NCBI GenBank assembly: GCA_973851085.1
Contig: OZ316775.1
Location: forward strand, 7,068,001-7,132,000
Source of the DNA: Ptychomitrium polyphyllum
Lineage: Eukaryota
Reading direction: 5' to 3'
Length of the DNA: 64,000 nucleotides
Made by a program: the position numbers and the translations under genes. Within the stretch, counting starts at the first letter, position 1, and each line of letters starts with the position of its first letter. Under the pieces are notes generated by a model. That model was not told the DNA's origin. It saw only the letters and a list, made by a program, of their open reading frames with translations, and made no database searches. Shown in pieces: positions 39,967-52,335 of this stretch.

Positions 39967-41952
39967 CTACAGAGGCTGGATGTGACACCTGCCCACAACA
40001 CAGATTTAGAAATATATTAGTATTGACTAAATTTTAGGAAAACACATAAGGTCATTGGACTGACGCACGAGTGTGAAAACTGCTGTCTAAACATATTTGT
40101 CTATACGATGTCCAGTGCATTAGAAAAATTTGTTCAAAGTAGCATTTCTGCAAGAGGCATTACCCAAGCAGTCCACGGCCTAGCCACCTCCTAGGCGTGA
40201 CTATCAAATGTACACGTTCACCTCGCCTTAGCACGACTACAGGCAATCCTTGTCCCTCGTTAGCTTGACCCTCCCGTGCAAGCCGCATTAGGGGGTCATT
40301 TCCTCCATCCACACTTCCGAATTTCACTAGTTGGTCACCCAGTACGATACCATCCATTGCTGCTGGCGAGCCCTCGGAAACATCATCGAAGACTGCGAAG
40401 GGAAGACTGGATTCAGCTGCATCCTCATCCATAGGGCAAGGCCCTTCAGCGTTTGTGCTTCCAATGCTTGGTGCAATATCCATGGGCGTTGTTCTTGGAG
40501 ATGGCCGCGCCACCTCAGCGTCTGCTACCCACGTTAGCTAGGTCAGTCTATTTTCCACTAAGCGACATAATACCTTCAAACCCCCAAAATGGATTGTGTT
40601 TTAATATAACATTACATGGATTGATAAGGAGCAAGACGATTCAGATTTATTTCAACGGCTTCAACAAATACTCACAAGTCTTAGTAACAAGAAATTCCAA
40701 AACGAAAAACTGCTCTATACTTTGCAATAATTGCTTCTAGTGTTTACAACCAGAACAAACACGAAACCTCAAAATTGCAGCATGACAACGCAAGTCCAAA
40801 ATGGACAATTTTCTCAGTATATTTGCATAAATATTCCCTTAGTTGTTCAATAGTACTAGCAGGTAATAAGCACACACAAGATCAGATATACGTTGATGCC
40901 ATAGCCTACAAGACAAATTATCTGTCATATCTAGATTGATGAACTTTTGCATCTGAAGAATAAGACTGCTCTTCATAGGAGCACAAGGTTGGGTAAAGCT
41001 ATAAAACCTGTGAGCCTATCAGGCTGTGATGCTCTTGTAAATCCTCCAGAATGCAAAGTAATCAAATTCTTCTCAATTCCATCCGTTATCTCCTTATGAT
41101 CATTCCGAAGCGCTGCACATCAGCCACTCTGAACTGTAAAGATTCCGACTCTATGAGCCGTATAGTACATTCAGCCAAGTAAAACCTATTTCGTAAACAC
41201 ACAAACTCCGTTTATTCCACAAAGTGAAGTCGACACAGAAGGATGAAGGGAAATATTACCTGAGAGCCGCTGGCGGTCGGATCTAACCGCAGGTATGTCA
41301 ATATCTGCCCTCGGAAAGCCCTGAGACATGGAAATACATTAGGGGGAAATTACCAAATACATATCAAATGAAAACATATCAACGAAAGCGCACTAATCAG
41401 ATACATATGATATCGTGCCCTAAAGCCTGAGATTCTCAACTCACAATTCGGCTGAAGCCTCACATAGAGGAGGCCAGAAAACTTGTACCCTTAATGTACT
41501 AATCCTTCAAGCTCCTAACACACGACCCTTACCGAGCGTCCACGAATGGTAAGGAAATCCAAACACCACATTCCTGTTTGAAACTAAGCATTGGAGACAC
41601 CTCTGGCGTGATAAACTTGCACACAAGCTACAAGTTAATCCAACAAACATCCTTCAAGCAGAAAGGATCCCTGCGTCGATCCAAAAACTACACAAGCTCC
41701 CAACGCTTCCTAATGTACACTCTGACAATATAATCACACCAGAACAAAGGCCCAAGCTCTAAAATCCTCCAGAAATCGAAAAATTAACGCACAACGGATA
41801 AAAGAACGCACCTCAGCGTCCACAAGGTTGCCCTGCAAGCCAGGACCGCCAGGCCTAGTGAGGCGAGCGATGATGGCATCCATCTCATTCTCTATCGCCT
41901 TGCGCTTGTCCATCATAGTGACGGTCTCCGCCTTAACATTGGTGCCTACCAT
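39967..41952 (-). CDS. PSMD9: 26S proteasome non-ATPase regulatory subunit 9 (p27/Nas2 assembly chaperone, PDZ-like domain), 5 exons, ~228 aa
   Basis: Exons 41952-41812 (MVGTNVKAETVTMMDKRKAIENEMDAII...GNLVDAE), 41320-41260 (GFPRADIDIPAVRSDRQRL), 41112-41008 (LRNDHKEIT), 40521-40164 (PFAVFDDVSEGSPAAMDG...GDQLVKFGSV...VTPRRWLGRGLLG), 39988-39967 (CHIQPL*). 687 nt in frame, with hallmark Nas2/PSMD9 motifs. Confidence 0.93.
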
Positions 41953-42310
41953 GATTGCGACCAAATCTGCAGAAATCCAACCAATATAGAAAACTCCTAA
42001 CAAGTAACCCAAGTAACAACAGAACGGAACTAAGACGAAAGGATCTGCAAAAATCCCCGAACACACTCTTTCAAAGAGGAAAACTTCTCGAATGCTTCAG
42101 CTGCTTTCACAATGTAAACAAGCGTAAGATACCGATCGCAAAGTGCCCAACCAGAAATTCTCAACACGACGCCTTCGGATTCTTCGGTTCTTCAATGAAA
42201 CATCATGATTCGCAAACAATGGATTGGGTACATTTGGCAGACTTGATCATACCAGAAACCACGCGACAATTGTGCAACTCTGCGAAAACTTTCAAGACTT
42301 GAGATCAATC

Positions 42311-42319
42311 AAACCCTAA
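42311..42319 (+). promoter_or_regulatory. Telo-box (AAACCCTAA) upstream of PSMD9
   Basis: Exact AAACCCTAA about 360 nt upstream of the minus-strand ATG at 41952. Confidence 0.45.
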
Positions 42320-42912
42320 TTCTGCAAGATTATCTTCAACACTTCTCTCACGTTGGACTGTTTCACTATCATTTCCTGCTGATTCTGCAGGTTTTGAACA
42401 TCTCCGGGTATGCAACATTACAGGGTATAATCTGAACTGAGAGAGCCGGGTATTAATATCACACATACACCATACTCTTCAAGGGAAGGTTGTGTGCGTT
42501 TGGCATAATTTGCTAGAGTGGGTTTTGTGTAAATCAATGTCGTTGTGCAAATTTGTGCAATGTTAAAATCTCTACACAAGTTCCTTCGGTAATTTTTCTC
42601 TCTGAATTCCAAGTTCGTTGACTCTGTCGGCTTCCAGATCATACTTGCTCAAGTGCAAATTTCCTTCTCCTTGCCTGCAGCTCCAAAATTTGAATCCAGA
42701 ACACAGAACGCACAGTTAGTATTTTATTGCTAATTTATAGAAACACTAGAAACATCAGCACATTGTGTATGATGCAAAAACAACTCTCGAACCACCTGGG
42801 AGGTCATTTTCACGTCAAGCAGGGCCATGGTGGTTAAACTGGCAAGACACTGGCAATTGATTCAAATATAGTACGTAAATGCGGCCTTATTAGTGATGTA
42901 AGTTTACCCTAA

Positions 42913-44040
42913 TTACATAGGACCTGAAGGACTAACCTCAAAACTTCGATACCGTGAGATGTGAGGGTAATGGCTGTGTGCCCCTTCAATGTCCACATTA
43001 TTGTCCTCACAGCCGCCAACATAACAATACTTAGTCGTTCGAGCTACTGGAGCCATCCGAGACAGCGATGAAGCAATCACCGCTACCAACCAAGTGCAGC
43101 CCCGTGCAAAGCTCCAAAAGAACCACCTGAGAAAGCGACGAGGAGAGAGCACCCGGAGTCCTCCACAAGGGCCACAACACTCTTTCAACACCGAACTAGC
43201 CACATGAGTCTGATCTGCTTGCCTGCCTAGTTTCTCCTCACGGACACATGCATTTCTCACCTGCAGATGTGCTCGCATGTAGCAACTACTCTTATTCTCG
43301 CAACACGTGCCTCCATATGTACCGACAACCATTCTAATTGAACTATGATTTGAACAAACTCAGCTAGAGATGGAGTGTACGTGCATGTCTCAAGATTGGG
43401 GCTTATCTTCGTCCGTTTTAAAAGAACAATCTGGCTGTGTAGACATTGGGTCAGGGTTTTGGGGCATCACTGTACGTTTGCGTTTGAGGAAGAGGCTGGC
43501 TCTTAGTCCCTTGAAAGCGCTGAATCGACCTGCGGTTGCTTTGTCTAACTTCCTGCAGGTGGGGGACAGTGTCAATCGGTTGAGGAATGCAAAGTATTGC
43601 CGCAGCCTTTCTTTCTTGCCCATTCCATAGTGCACACCTTCAACGGAAGAATTCTACAGATTAAGCTGAATCAATCCTCCAGTTCGAATACTAACTGGTC
43701 ATCATGTCGGTCTGCAAGGCTTGAAACTCGAACGAATAGTAAGACTCTCTCAAACAGTGAATTTTTTCCGAGAGGCTTCAGACTTGCTTTGATTTGATAC
43801 TTTCGTCTAGGTGTTAAGTTTCAGCGTAAACGATGTCGTCCCGTGTACTGTTTGTGACTCAGTGTTCTGTGAAGTGAGGTTTACAAAACGTATTGTTGAA
43901 TCTGTCTCGACTCCCCACTGCAACTTCGATTTTTGTAGAATGGAGAGCACGTTACCAGAAGCTGTAACATGATCTGAAACAACACCAACCCTTTCGTCCA
44001 ACAGGTTGTGCCCAGTGGCAGCCTGAGATGAAGCACTTTC
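42913..44040 (-). pseudogene. Candidate decayed reading frame of unknown family (~375 codons, 7 internal stops)
   Basis: Track ORFs 43807..44001, 43390..43635 and 42913..43332 are all in the same minus-strand frame. The intervening stops are at 43807 (TAG), 43750, 43702, 43699 (TGA), 43654 (TAG), 43390 and 43360 (TGA). GC-richer than the AT-rich DNA beyond 44.1 kb. No domain recognised. Confidence 0.4.
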
Positions 44041-47000
44041 TTATTTGTAACGCAACTGCAAGAGTGACTCTTCACCTCAACAAAGCTTTAGGAAATGGTA
44101 GTTAAGTGTTTACAATGGTCGCTTTGACAATGAATATAGTATAATCAAGAAACTTACAAAGCAAAGGCTTGAATTGTCTTTCTTTAAAAACATTTACAAC
44201 AATGCATTTCTATTTCATAGGATTAAAATTGTAGTTATCAACTATTAGCAAATACATTAAATATTGAAAAGTATATGACAAAGAATGAAGGTGAAAAAGA
44301 AAAAACTTTTACAAAGAATGAAGAAGGTTCATATCATTGATTTTACCAAATTGGTACATAACTAAGAATGATGAATTTTGTAACAAAAGCTACTTAATGG
44401 TTGAAATGTAAGCACTTTTGTATATATATATTGTTACTATAAATGTGTAATTAAATTAAAAATTAAAACATTGGCAAACAAAAAAGTGAAAGCTTGTCAT
44501 TAAACTAAATAGATGGTGTTTTTTAATTGGATTGTTTGAAAGTTATAAACATAGGATAAAAGAAATTAATTGAAGAGGGAGATTAATTTTATTGAGGAGC
44601 ATTTATAAAGCATTAGGAAGAATGAAATTATTTTTTAAAGGATTTACTATGCTAGAATGAACTTAAAAGGCATTAAATGCATTAAGTGCATGAATTTGTA
44701 ATATTTATTCTTAAATAATAAGCTGGAAAAAATTCAAATATAAATTTTGATTTACTATATATAATGGAAAATTTTCTTAACACAAAATTTTTAAATTATC
44801 TTTGTAGTGAGGCATAGTATTAGTGTACAAAGTTTGAGGGCACCATTCTTAATTAAAGTGGAGAAATGGAGCATTTAAATGAAAATGGTCTTAAAACTAA
44901 GACATGTAATAAGTAAACTTTAAGAGAATTTTTCTTCAAAATTTTAATGGCTATGATTACAAAAGAGTGACTTTATTACTTTAAAATTGGAACATTTTGC
45001 TAAATGAATGATTTGAGCTTCAAAAGAATAAAATAAAATAAAACATAGAAATGAACTTATCACAAATAAAAGTTGATAGATAAAGTATACATGCCTTAAT
45101 GATGCTTGGAATGAAAGATGATTTTAATGAAACATTGTTCTAATGTACAAAGCTAAAAAGCACTATGAATATGAAGAATTTAATATGAAAAAAGTAAGGT
45201 TATGAAGTGATGTAGTTAATTGCATTCCAGATTTAAATTTAAACTTTTTGGTAGATTGGCCAATGAGTATTTAGGATCAACAATTTATTTTAATTTTAAA
45301 TAAAAACAACATTCAGTTATAATGTTCTTTGTCTAATGAGCTTGTTCTATGATATATAAAATAGGAATATCTTTGCCAATAATTTAACTTATTATGTATT
45401 TATACAATTGGATTTTTTAATCAATTTTTTTTTTAAAATTTGTATTATAAAGAAATAAATGTTGTAAGAATCACAAGTTTAAAGCTATAGTCTATTGATA
45501 AAAATTGTCAAAGTGAATTGTATAACTTTCCTTTGTGGATTTTAAAATGATCCATTTATATAAGCTATTTAATTTATAATTGTTTTTAATTTAACTTACT
45601 TTCTAACATAAACATTACCATTTCAAAGCATCATTTTACAACTAATTATGGTTCAAAATATAGAAATGAACTCAAGCATAATTGAAACTAGATTCGCTCA
45701 TAGTTCAAATAAAATACTTGGCTAGTTGAAAATGAGTTTAAATATAAGTGGCTACCATTTGAAGGAGGTTTAGAATAATTAGGGTCAACTTGGTGGTTCC
45801 ACTTGGTTAAACATTTTTGAATTTTGGAGGCATAGTTTGAAGTTTTTTCTTGGTGATGGGAGTGAGTTTTGTAAGATACTAATGTTTGATAAATTTGAGG
45901 CACGTGGAAGGATATTGGATTTTTATTTTTTGGAGTTGGTTCTTGTGAGTAAGTTGAATCTATGTATGTAGGTTTTATAGTTTGGAAGTTTAGAAGGCAG
46001 GAAATTGTAGGATGAATCATCTAAGGTTTGAGATTTAAGGGTAGTTTGTCATGTTATAGATATCTGCTTCTTTTTCTATGCGTTGTGTGGATCCACAGAA
46101 ATGAGGAGGGCCTTGGAAAAAGAATGAAAGAAAAGGGGGGGCGTGGTGGAGTTGGAGCTTCTGTAACTAACGCTTGGCAACAAGCATAGCGTGTGAATGC
46201 GTTGCAATGGACGCAGATGAAATCAAATCGTAATAAAATTAACCCTTATTACTACAATTTCATAACAATATGGAAAAGTAACATCCATATACGATGGTCA
46301 ATTATCCATAGCAATAAACGTTGTGATGACGCTGGGATACCATATACAAATGGGCCAATGAATTGCATTCATGCAGGGCATACTGTGTCGTGCAGTACAC
46401 AAAAGCCTGTACTGCACCCTGTACCACCAGGGCGTTTTCTTCGAGTGTGGGGGTCATTCTGTCCATGGAGCTATTAAAAAATTTCAGCCAGTCTTGCAGT
46501 CTACAGTGGTTGTGTCAACTATGATGAATGTTTTAAGTTTTTGTGACGTCTGTATGCATATAGATGTTTTAATACTAAGACGCCAGCGTCCGAAACAAAA
46601 GATGATCTGCAGGTGCATTTATGCCATTTCCAAGCAACTTTATCAGTTGAACTCTAGTGAATGACCTGATGGGTTGCTGAATGTACACTACGTGAGTTTC
46701 CGCCGTACAGCCACCGGCCATGACTCACGAGCAGAAAGCACTCAACATAAAAATATTAGTTATCATAACCGGAACCTCACCATTTAGCTCTTTTTTTCAG
46801 GTCAAGGCGCAAGACTGGTTCAAAAGTTGGTCTTACGAGTCACGGCTGACAAAACCTTCGGCAACATGATCATGAAGAGATCCTCCTTTCAGTTATTTCT
46901 CAATCCTCATACCAACTACACTCAGCCACTAAACCTGAATTTTGAGCAAAACTTTGTTCAATATTTTTTCCATTGAAAAACTAGAAATCTACAAGAATCT

Positions 47001-47423
47001 TCCTGGACAACATTCACTTCAGACATGTAATGTCAGAGTCCAGAGCACTGCTGAAGACGCTCTGAGTCCCAAACACACACCACCAACATAGAATAGAACA
47101 CAAGTACACATGAACAGGGATCCGTATGATAGTATAAAATTCAAATGAGCGGGGACTGGTCTTCACAAGTCTATCTATACATCAATGACAAGCTCTGCGA
47201 TAACGCACCACAGTAGCCCAAAGAATCTGATTACTTTATAACAACGAGTCGCCCCCGATAACCCATTCTTAGAGCGGATCATCATCTCCAGCAACAACTC
47301 GTTAATACCACTATCTAACAACTAGTTCACCACTAATTAACGAGTAGATTACAACTAATTATCCAGTAATGAAATCCTATCAAAATAATACAGGATCAAG
47401 GCAGGAAGTGCATGACGCGATAC

Positions 47424-48740
47424 TCACGATTCGGCGTTGAATTGCGGGCGATACCGAACACTGCCGCGTTCGATGATGATGCTGGAGTCGTCTTCCGGTC
47501 TCGATGTGTATGTGCCCCACACTTCGTTCAGAAGCTTGAGAGCATCTCTCGCTTTTTTCTTCGCACGCTGGCTGCAATTGCTTGGCAAGATCATGACCAG
47601 CCTGGTGAAAATCCCAGCTCGTAATGCGGTGTTGATGACGCTGCGATTGGACGCGAGCTCGATGACCGAGAGCAGCGCGCCCACGGTGTGCTCCGTGGCT
47701 TCGTTGGAGACCCCGAGCAAGGAGGCGACCAGTCGCGGGATGGCGAAGGGGTGGTTGGCGATGGCTTCGCGGCCCTCGGCGGAGTTGGCGAGCACCTCCA
47801 AGATTGCGCAGGAATATTCCACATTTCGCTTGCTCTCTGTTTTGGGAATGAGCTCCACGAGTGCGTGGACAGCTCGGGCGTCGACGGCGATCACGCGGTT
47901 CTTCTTTGTGAGAAAGAGTGACAACAAGCAACGCAACCCTAATTTGGTCTCTGTAGGTGTGAGCTTCTCGTCGCGGAGAGCGGTGACGAGCGCCTTGATG
48001 GCCCCCGGGTGCTTACCCACAGCGACCTTCAAACCCACATCCTCGCCGCACACGGAATGAATCACCACAGCTGCGTTGATCTTCGCCTTCGCGGTGCCCG
48101 TTGCAAGGAACGATGATAGAATTGTCAAGGTCGCCGGTGCCGCCATGGCTTGCTTGTCTTCGTTGTCGAGGTGCAGCGTCGCAAGTATGGCGACGGCAAA
48201 CTCCAATGCCTTGACCGACTTTCTGTGGGCAGGATCGGCTCCTAAGGTGGGGAGGGCTTGGACGAGAACGGGGACCGCGCCTGCTTCTTTGAGGGTCTTC
48301 CTGTTGCGTCGACATTCTTCGACTATGGCGAAGAGCTGCTTGAGCGAGTCGTAATATGAGCTCGCGTCGGTGCATTGAGCGATTGTACGAAGTACACTCT
48401 GTATTACTTTCAGCTCCACTCCCTTCTTTAGGATGAGACTGGAGTTGGCGTCGCACCAGGTTTGGATGGCGCGTCGGAGGGTGTGGTTTGGGATAATGTC
48501 GTAGCTCGTCAGGATCTGATTCGTGGTGGGGCATGTGTTGTGCCCGGCGGTCAGCCACTTTACTATGCTACGGCGGTCGTATGTCATGCCCGTGCTCAGC
48601 GTCACGGGATCGTCCATAATTTCCAAATGAATGGGACACAGAAAGAAGGAGGGCACCTGCACCTGCACATGTCGGTTACCGAGCTCCCCACCTTCACCTG
48701 ACGATGATTTCAGCGTGGGCAAGGCGGCCCCCAATGCCAT
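47424..48740 (-). CDS. Intronless U-box/ARM-repeat E3 ubiquitin ligase (CMPG1 / PUB20s-like class), 438 aa
   Basis: N-terminal U-box VPSFFLCPIHLEIMDDPVTLSTGMTYDRRSIVKWLTAGHNTCPTTNQIL...IPNHTLRRAIQTWC. ARM-like helical repeats follow (AILEVLANSAEGREAI, VSNEATEHTVGALLSV), then C-terminal CSQRAKKKARDALKLL. No UND domain. Confidence 0.95.
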   Translation of the reverse strand: MALGAALPTLKSSSGEGGELGNRHVQVQVPSFFLCPIHLEIMDDPVTLSTGMTYDRRSIVKWLTAGHNTCPTTNQILTSYDIIPNHTLRRAIQTWCDANSSLILKKGVELKVIQSVLRTIAQCTDASSYYDSLKQLFAIVEECRRNRKTLKEAGAVPVLVQALPTLGADPAHRKSVKALEFAVAILATLHLDNEDKQAMAAPATLTILSSFLATGTAKAKINAAVVIHSVCGEDVGLKVAVGKHPGAIKALVTALRDEKLTPTETKLGLRCLLSLFLTKKNRVIAVDARAVHALVELIPKTESKRNVEYSCAILEVLANSAEGREAIANHPFAIPRLVASLLGVSNEATEHTVGALLSVIELASNRSVINTALRAGIFTRLVMILPSNCSQRAKKKARDALKLLNEVWGTYTSRPEDDSSIIIERGSVRYRPQFNAES

Positions 48741-49270
48741 ATCCAGACTGCTAAACTCACCACAATACGCCCCGCTACTGATTCCCCTGTTACAAAAGCT
48801 GCTCTTCTAAAGCCCTCCTAAACGTATCAATCCAGCAGCTGCTCCCAGCACGGCCAGACACCCAATGAAAAACCTCAAAACTCGCCAACTGTACAATACT
48901 CTGCATCATCTTGAGCAGCTTATCCAGCACATTGAGACCATCGATTCAAACGGCAAAGCGAAACAAGAATTCAGAACCTCTGCAAGTAGTAACAAACGAT
49001 CACCAAAGCCTTGGTCGTTATTGAATCACTACGATTGCCCTGCTCAGAGGTCTAAGTTCTCCTCCACACGCTTCTACGAACACTGATTCACTAACTCAAA
49101 TGATCTTTCAAAGCAGACATCCGAAAGGGCGTACCAGAAAGAAGGAGAACAAGTATGGGAATAAGAAGCTGGCGAGGTGGAATTAAGTCCGATTCAGAGC
49201 ATTCAGTCTATAGCAGTGCTCCCGTCCTCCTACAAAATGAGAGATTTAAAAAAAAGCTGTAAGCGAGACC

Positions 49271-49794
49271 AGTCAACTGTACCTATTATGTCCTAGCAGT
49301 GACATGAACAAAGAGCAGCAATGGAGCTAGACCATGAGAGTCTCGGCATGAGATTCATGATACAGCTGTTAAATGCAACAGTGGCATCCAAAGGGGATCA
49401 GAGGTAAGTGCTACAGTGCTACAGTGCCATAGCCCAAACAGAACTGTGCAAGAGCGGAATGACGTTGTACAGTACTGCACTGTGCAGGATACGTACTCCT
49501 GCGAGGAAAATCGTTCCAGCTTCTCTTAATTTGGTAGATACGAGCGATTGATGCACGGTCTTGAATAATGTACTCGAGTCAAGTATGCAATGAAGGTAGT
49601 CAGTTCAGTTAATCCAAGTCGAAAGTTCTATCGCTGTTCATCAACTGTCCAGTGATTAACTCTAGTTGCAAGTATATATAGGCTTCTGTTGACTTTTTAA
49701 TCGTTGCACTTTGAAGGCACCAAATGATCATCAGGATCAGGACTTCTCTTAAATCCTGCCACCATTTCGTAGAAAGGCCACGGCCGCCAGTCAA
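49271..49794. promoter_or_regulatory. Cluster of W-box elements (TTGACY) upstream of the U-box/ARM gene
   Basis: AGTCAA at 49271, 49577 and 49789, and TTGACT at 49689. Further TTGACC-type sites near 50293 and 50514. Motif match only. Confidence 0.4.
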
Positions 49795-50582
49795 TTCAAA
49801 TCTGATTTTTGCTTCTTGGGAAGTGGGCGATATGTTCTTAGAGACAAGTGAACCTATCATGATCACGGTTTGCTCGGTAAAAGTTTCTCCATCTCGGCGT
49901 ATGATTTTATTCATTTCTTGCCGAGTCTAGCAGGCGGTTAGTAGCAAACCACCTGCTACACTTCAGCAACGTGAGAATTGCCAAATGTGAGTCATCCCAG
50001 TTCTCATTCACAAAGTCGTCACCTTTGAGAACAAAGCACCTTCACGTATTCTTTCACTACTCCATGCATGACGTATGAGAAACTTTCTGTGAACTTTTTA
50101 TTTATTCTCGTTCGGCGCAAACGAACAGAATCTTTCCTGAATCACTCCGTTGAATTACTGGACAGTACATATTGATTCTATGTTCATTTATTTTGCGGAC
50201 AAAATAAAGGAGTCCTTTTGAGGTGTCTAAGAGCAGACTTGCACAAGGAGAAGTTATTTTTGCCATATTTTGAGAATTCTAGAGATATGATTGGTCAAAA
50301 TATACAAATTATCCTATAAGGTTTCACACTTTGTACCATTATCCATAAGAAAAACAATTTGGAGATTGATGAAAAATATTGTTGTAAAGTCTTGTTTCAT
50401 AAATAATTTATGGAAGTACTTTTGAGGTGACAACCTAAGAATTAATGGATTGAAGAATTTTTTTTTCATTTTGATTTTTCCAATGTCTTCACATCTTCTC
50501 TCATGGACCGTCTTTGACCTTAATTACCCATGTCTTGGGCCAAAATTGTTTGCTTCTCCCATCTCTTTCAGAAGTAGTTGGC

Positions 50583-50668
50583 AGACGGCCTTCTTTTTCA
50601 ACAAATTTTGCATCACTCTGAAGGAAGACGGCCTTCTTTTTCAACAAATTTTGCAACACTCTGAAGGA
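50583..50668 (+). repeat. Tandem duplication, 2 x 43 bp (1 mismatch)
   Basis: agacggccttctttttcaacaaattttgca(t/a)cactctgaagga at 50583 and 50626. Confidence 0.9.
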
Positions 50669-52235
50669 TCTGATGATAAGATTTTGGAAGTTTTGGGTAC
50701 GCACTGTAAGTTGGACTGCTTTTTGTGAATGAATAGCACAGTTTTCGCTGTTCAGTGTGTACTTTGACTGGAAAGTAGGTACATTGTATTCCACCAGGCT
50801 GATGAGATTGAGTACTACTTGTTGCAAACTTGTTTTTGTTATTTTAACTGCAACTTATTTCTAAAATTCCCCTTGTTCAGTTGCAGTCGGCGAGTTTACG
50901 AGTACAAAACGTATGCCACAGCTTCAGGTCTTGCTGGATGTTCCCATGTGCAGGAGTAAACAGGGAACAGACCTCGAAGACTGTGGGCATGACTGTGTTC
51001 CAGGCGAACAATGCAATTCTGACGATCAAGCATTCTCTGATGTCAGCAGCTTGCAACATTGTTCTTCACTTCAAAATTGGTGGTTTCAACTTTTCTTCAT
51101 AGATCTGTTATCACTACCTAAGACACGTTTTAAGACACTTAATTGAGAGTGGAACCTAAATGGGAGAATCAAAAGAAACATTACAGAAAGAATTAAGGTT
51201 GGAATGAAGATGTGAGGTTCTTTATGTAACACATCCAACTGCACCTTCACCTAGCACCCAAAAACCTCTGTACAACAATGCTTTGAAAATTTGAGCCCAA
51301 ATTCCATCCAAAACGGCTGGGCCTACATACCTGCATTTCAGCTGAATCTGCAAAAATTTGAAACTTGCTCCAACAACAACTGCAATGACAAAATGCTTAA
51401 GTCCAACAAGTGAATCCCATCCGACAAATCCCAGATCCTGAAAATGAAGTGGAGGGTATAACAAAAACCATGAAGAGAAGAGTAGGATTTGGATCTAGTT
51501 GTTAGGATTTAGAATAAAGAACAAACATTCAATCCACTCCTTCCAAAGTAAAACAACACAAAGAAATCATTGCCTCGATGATGACAATTGCTACAAATGT
51601 GAGTTCCAATAAATTCTTGTCTATAAGTTATAATTGACCAACTCAAGGACTAATTGAAATCATTGTTCAATAAATTTCACAATAGTAGTTCCATAAGCAA
51701 CCAAGTTTGAAAAATTGCAATTCTAATCTTTGCTTGATAAAGTCCTATTTATCTATTTGCTTATAATGCCCCATCTATAGTAGTACACCTCAACTGACTT
51801 AATGCAAGCAAAGCTACCTTGTTAGTATACCCAAGACCCAACTTTCTTTATGCCATTTGCATTGATGGATCCAAGTTGTCAATGATAGCCTAGAATAGGT
51901 GGCAGGGTCTTAAATTCCAAGTTGTTAGTCAACACCTTCAATCAATGGTGCCACATGACAACTATTTTATAAAGGGCATTAGAAATGCATACAACTTACT
52001 AAAAATACTTCAAAGTCTTAAATACATTAATTTCTTAATTCAATACCAATACTTCAAAGCAATTGCATTTAGAGGCAATAAATGCAAAAAAGTGGCTCAC
52101 TGATCCTTTATAGGATATAATAATCATGTTCATTAGCATCATCCACCACATATAAAGTGATTTGCACTTATTTCATGTACCAAGAATTAACATTAAATAG
52201 TACCTATAGACCTTCTTATTTTAAATGAATTTCCC

Positions 52236-52335
52236 NNNNNNNNNNNNNNNNNNNNNNNNNNNNNNNNNNNNNNNNNNNNNNNNNNNNNNNNNNNNNNNNN
52301 NNNNNNNNNNNNNNNNNNNNNNNNNNNNNNNNNNN
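52236..52335. other. Assembly gap (100 N)
   Basis: Exactly 100 N. Confidence 0.99.
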
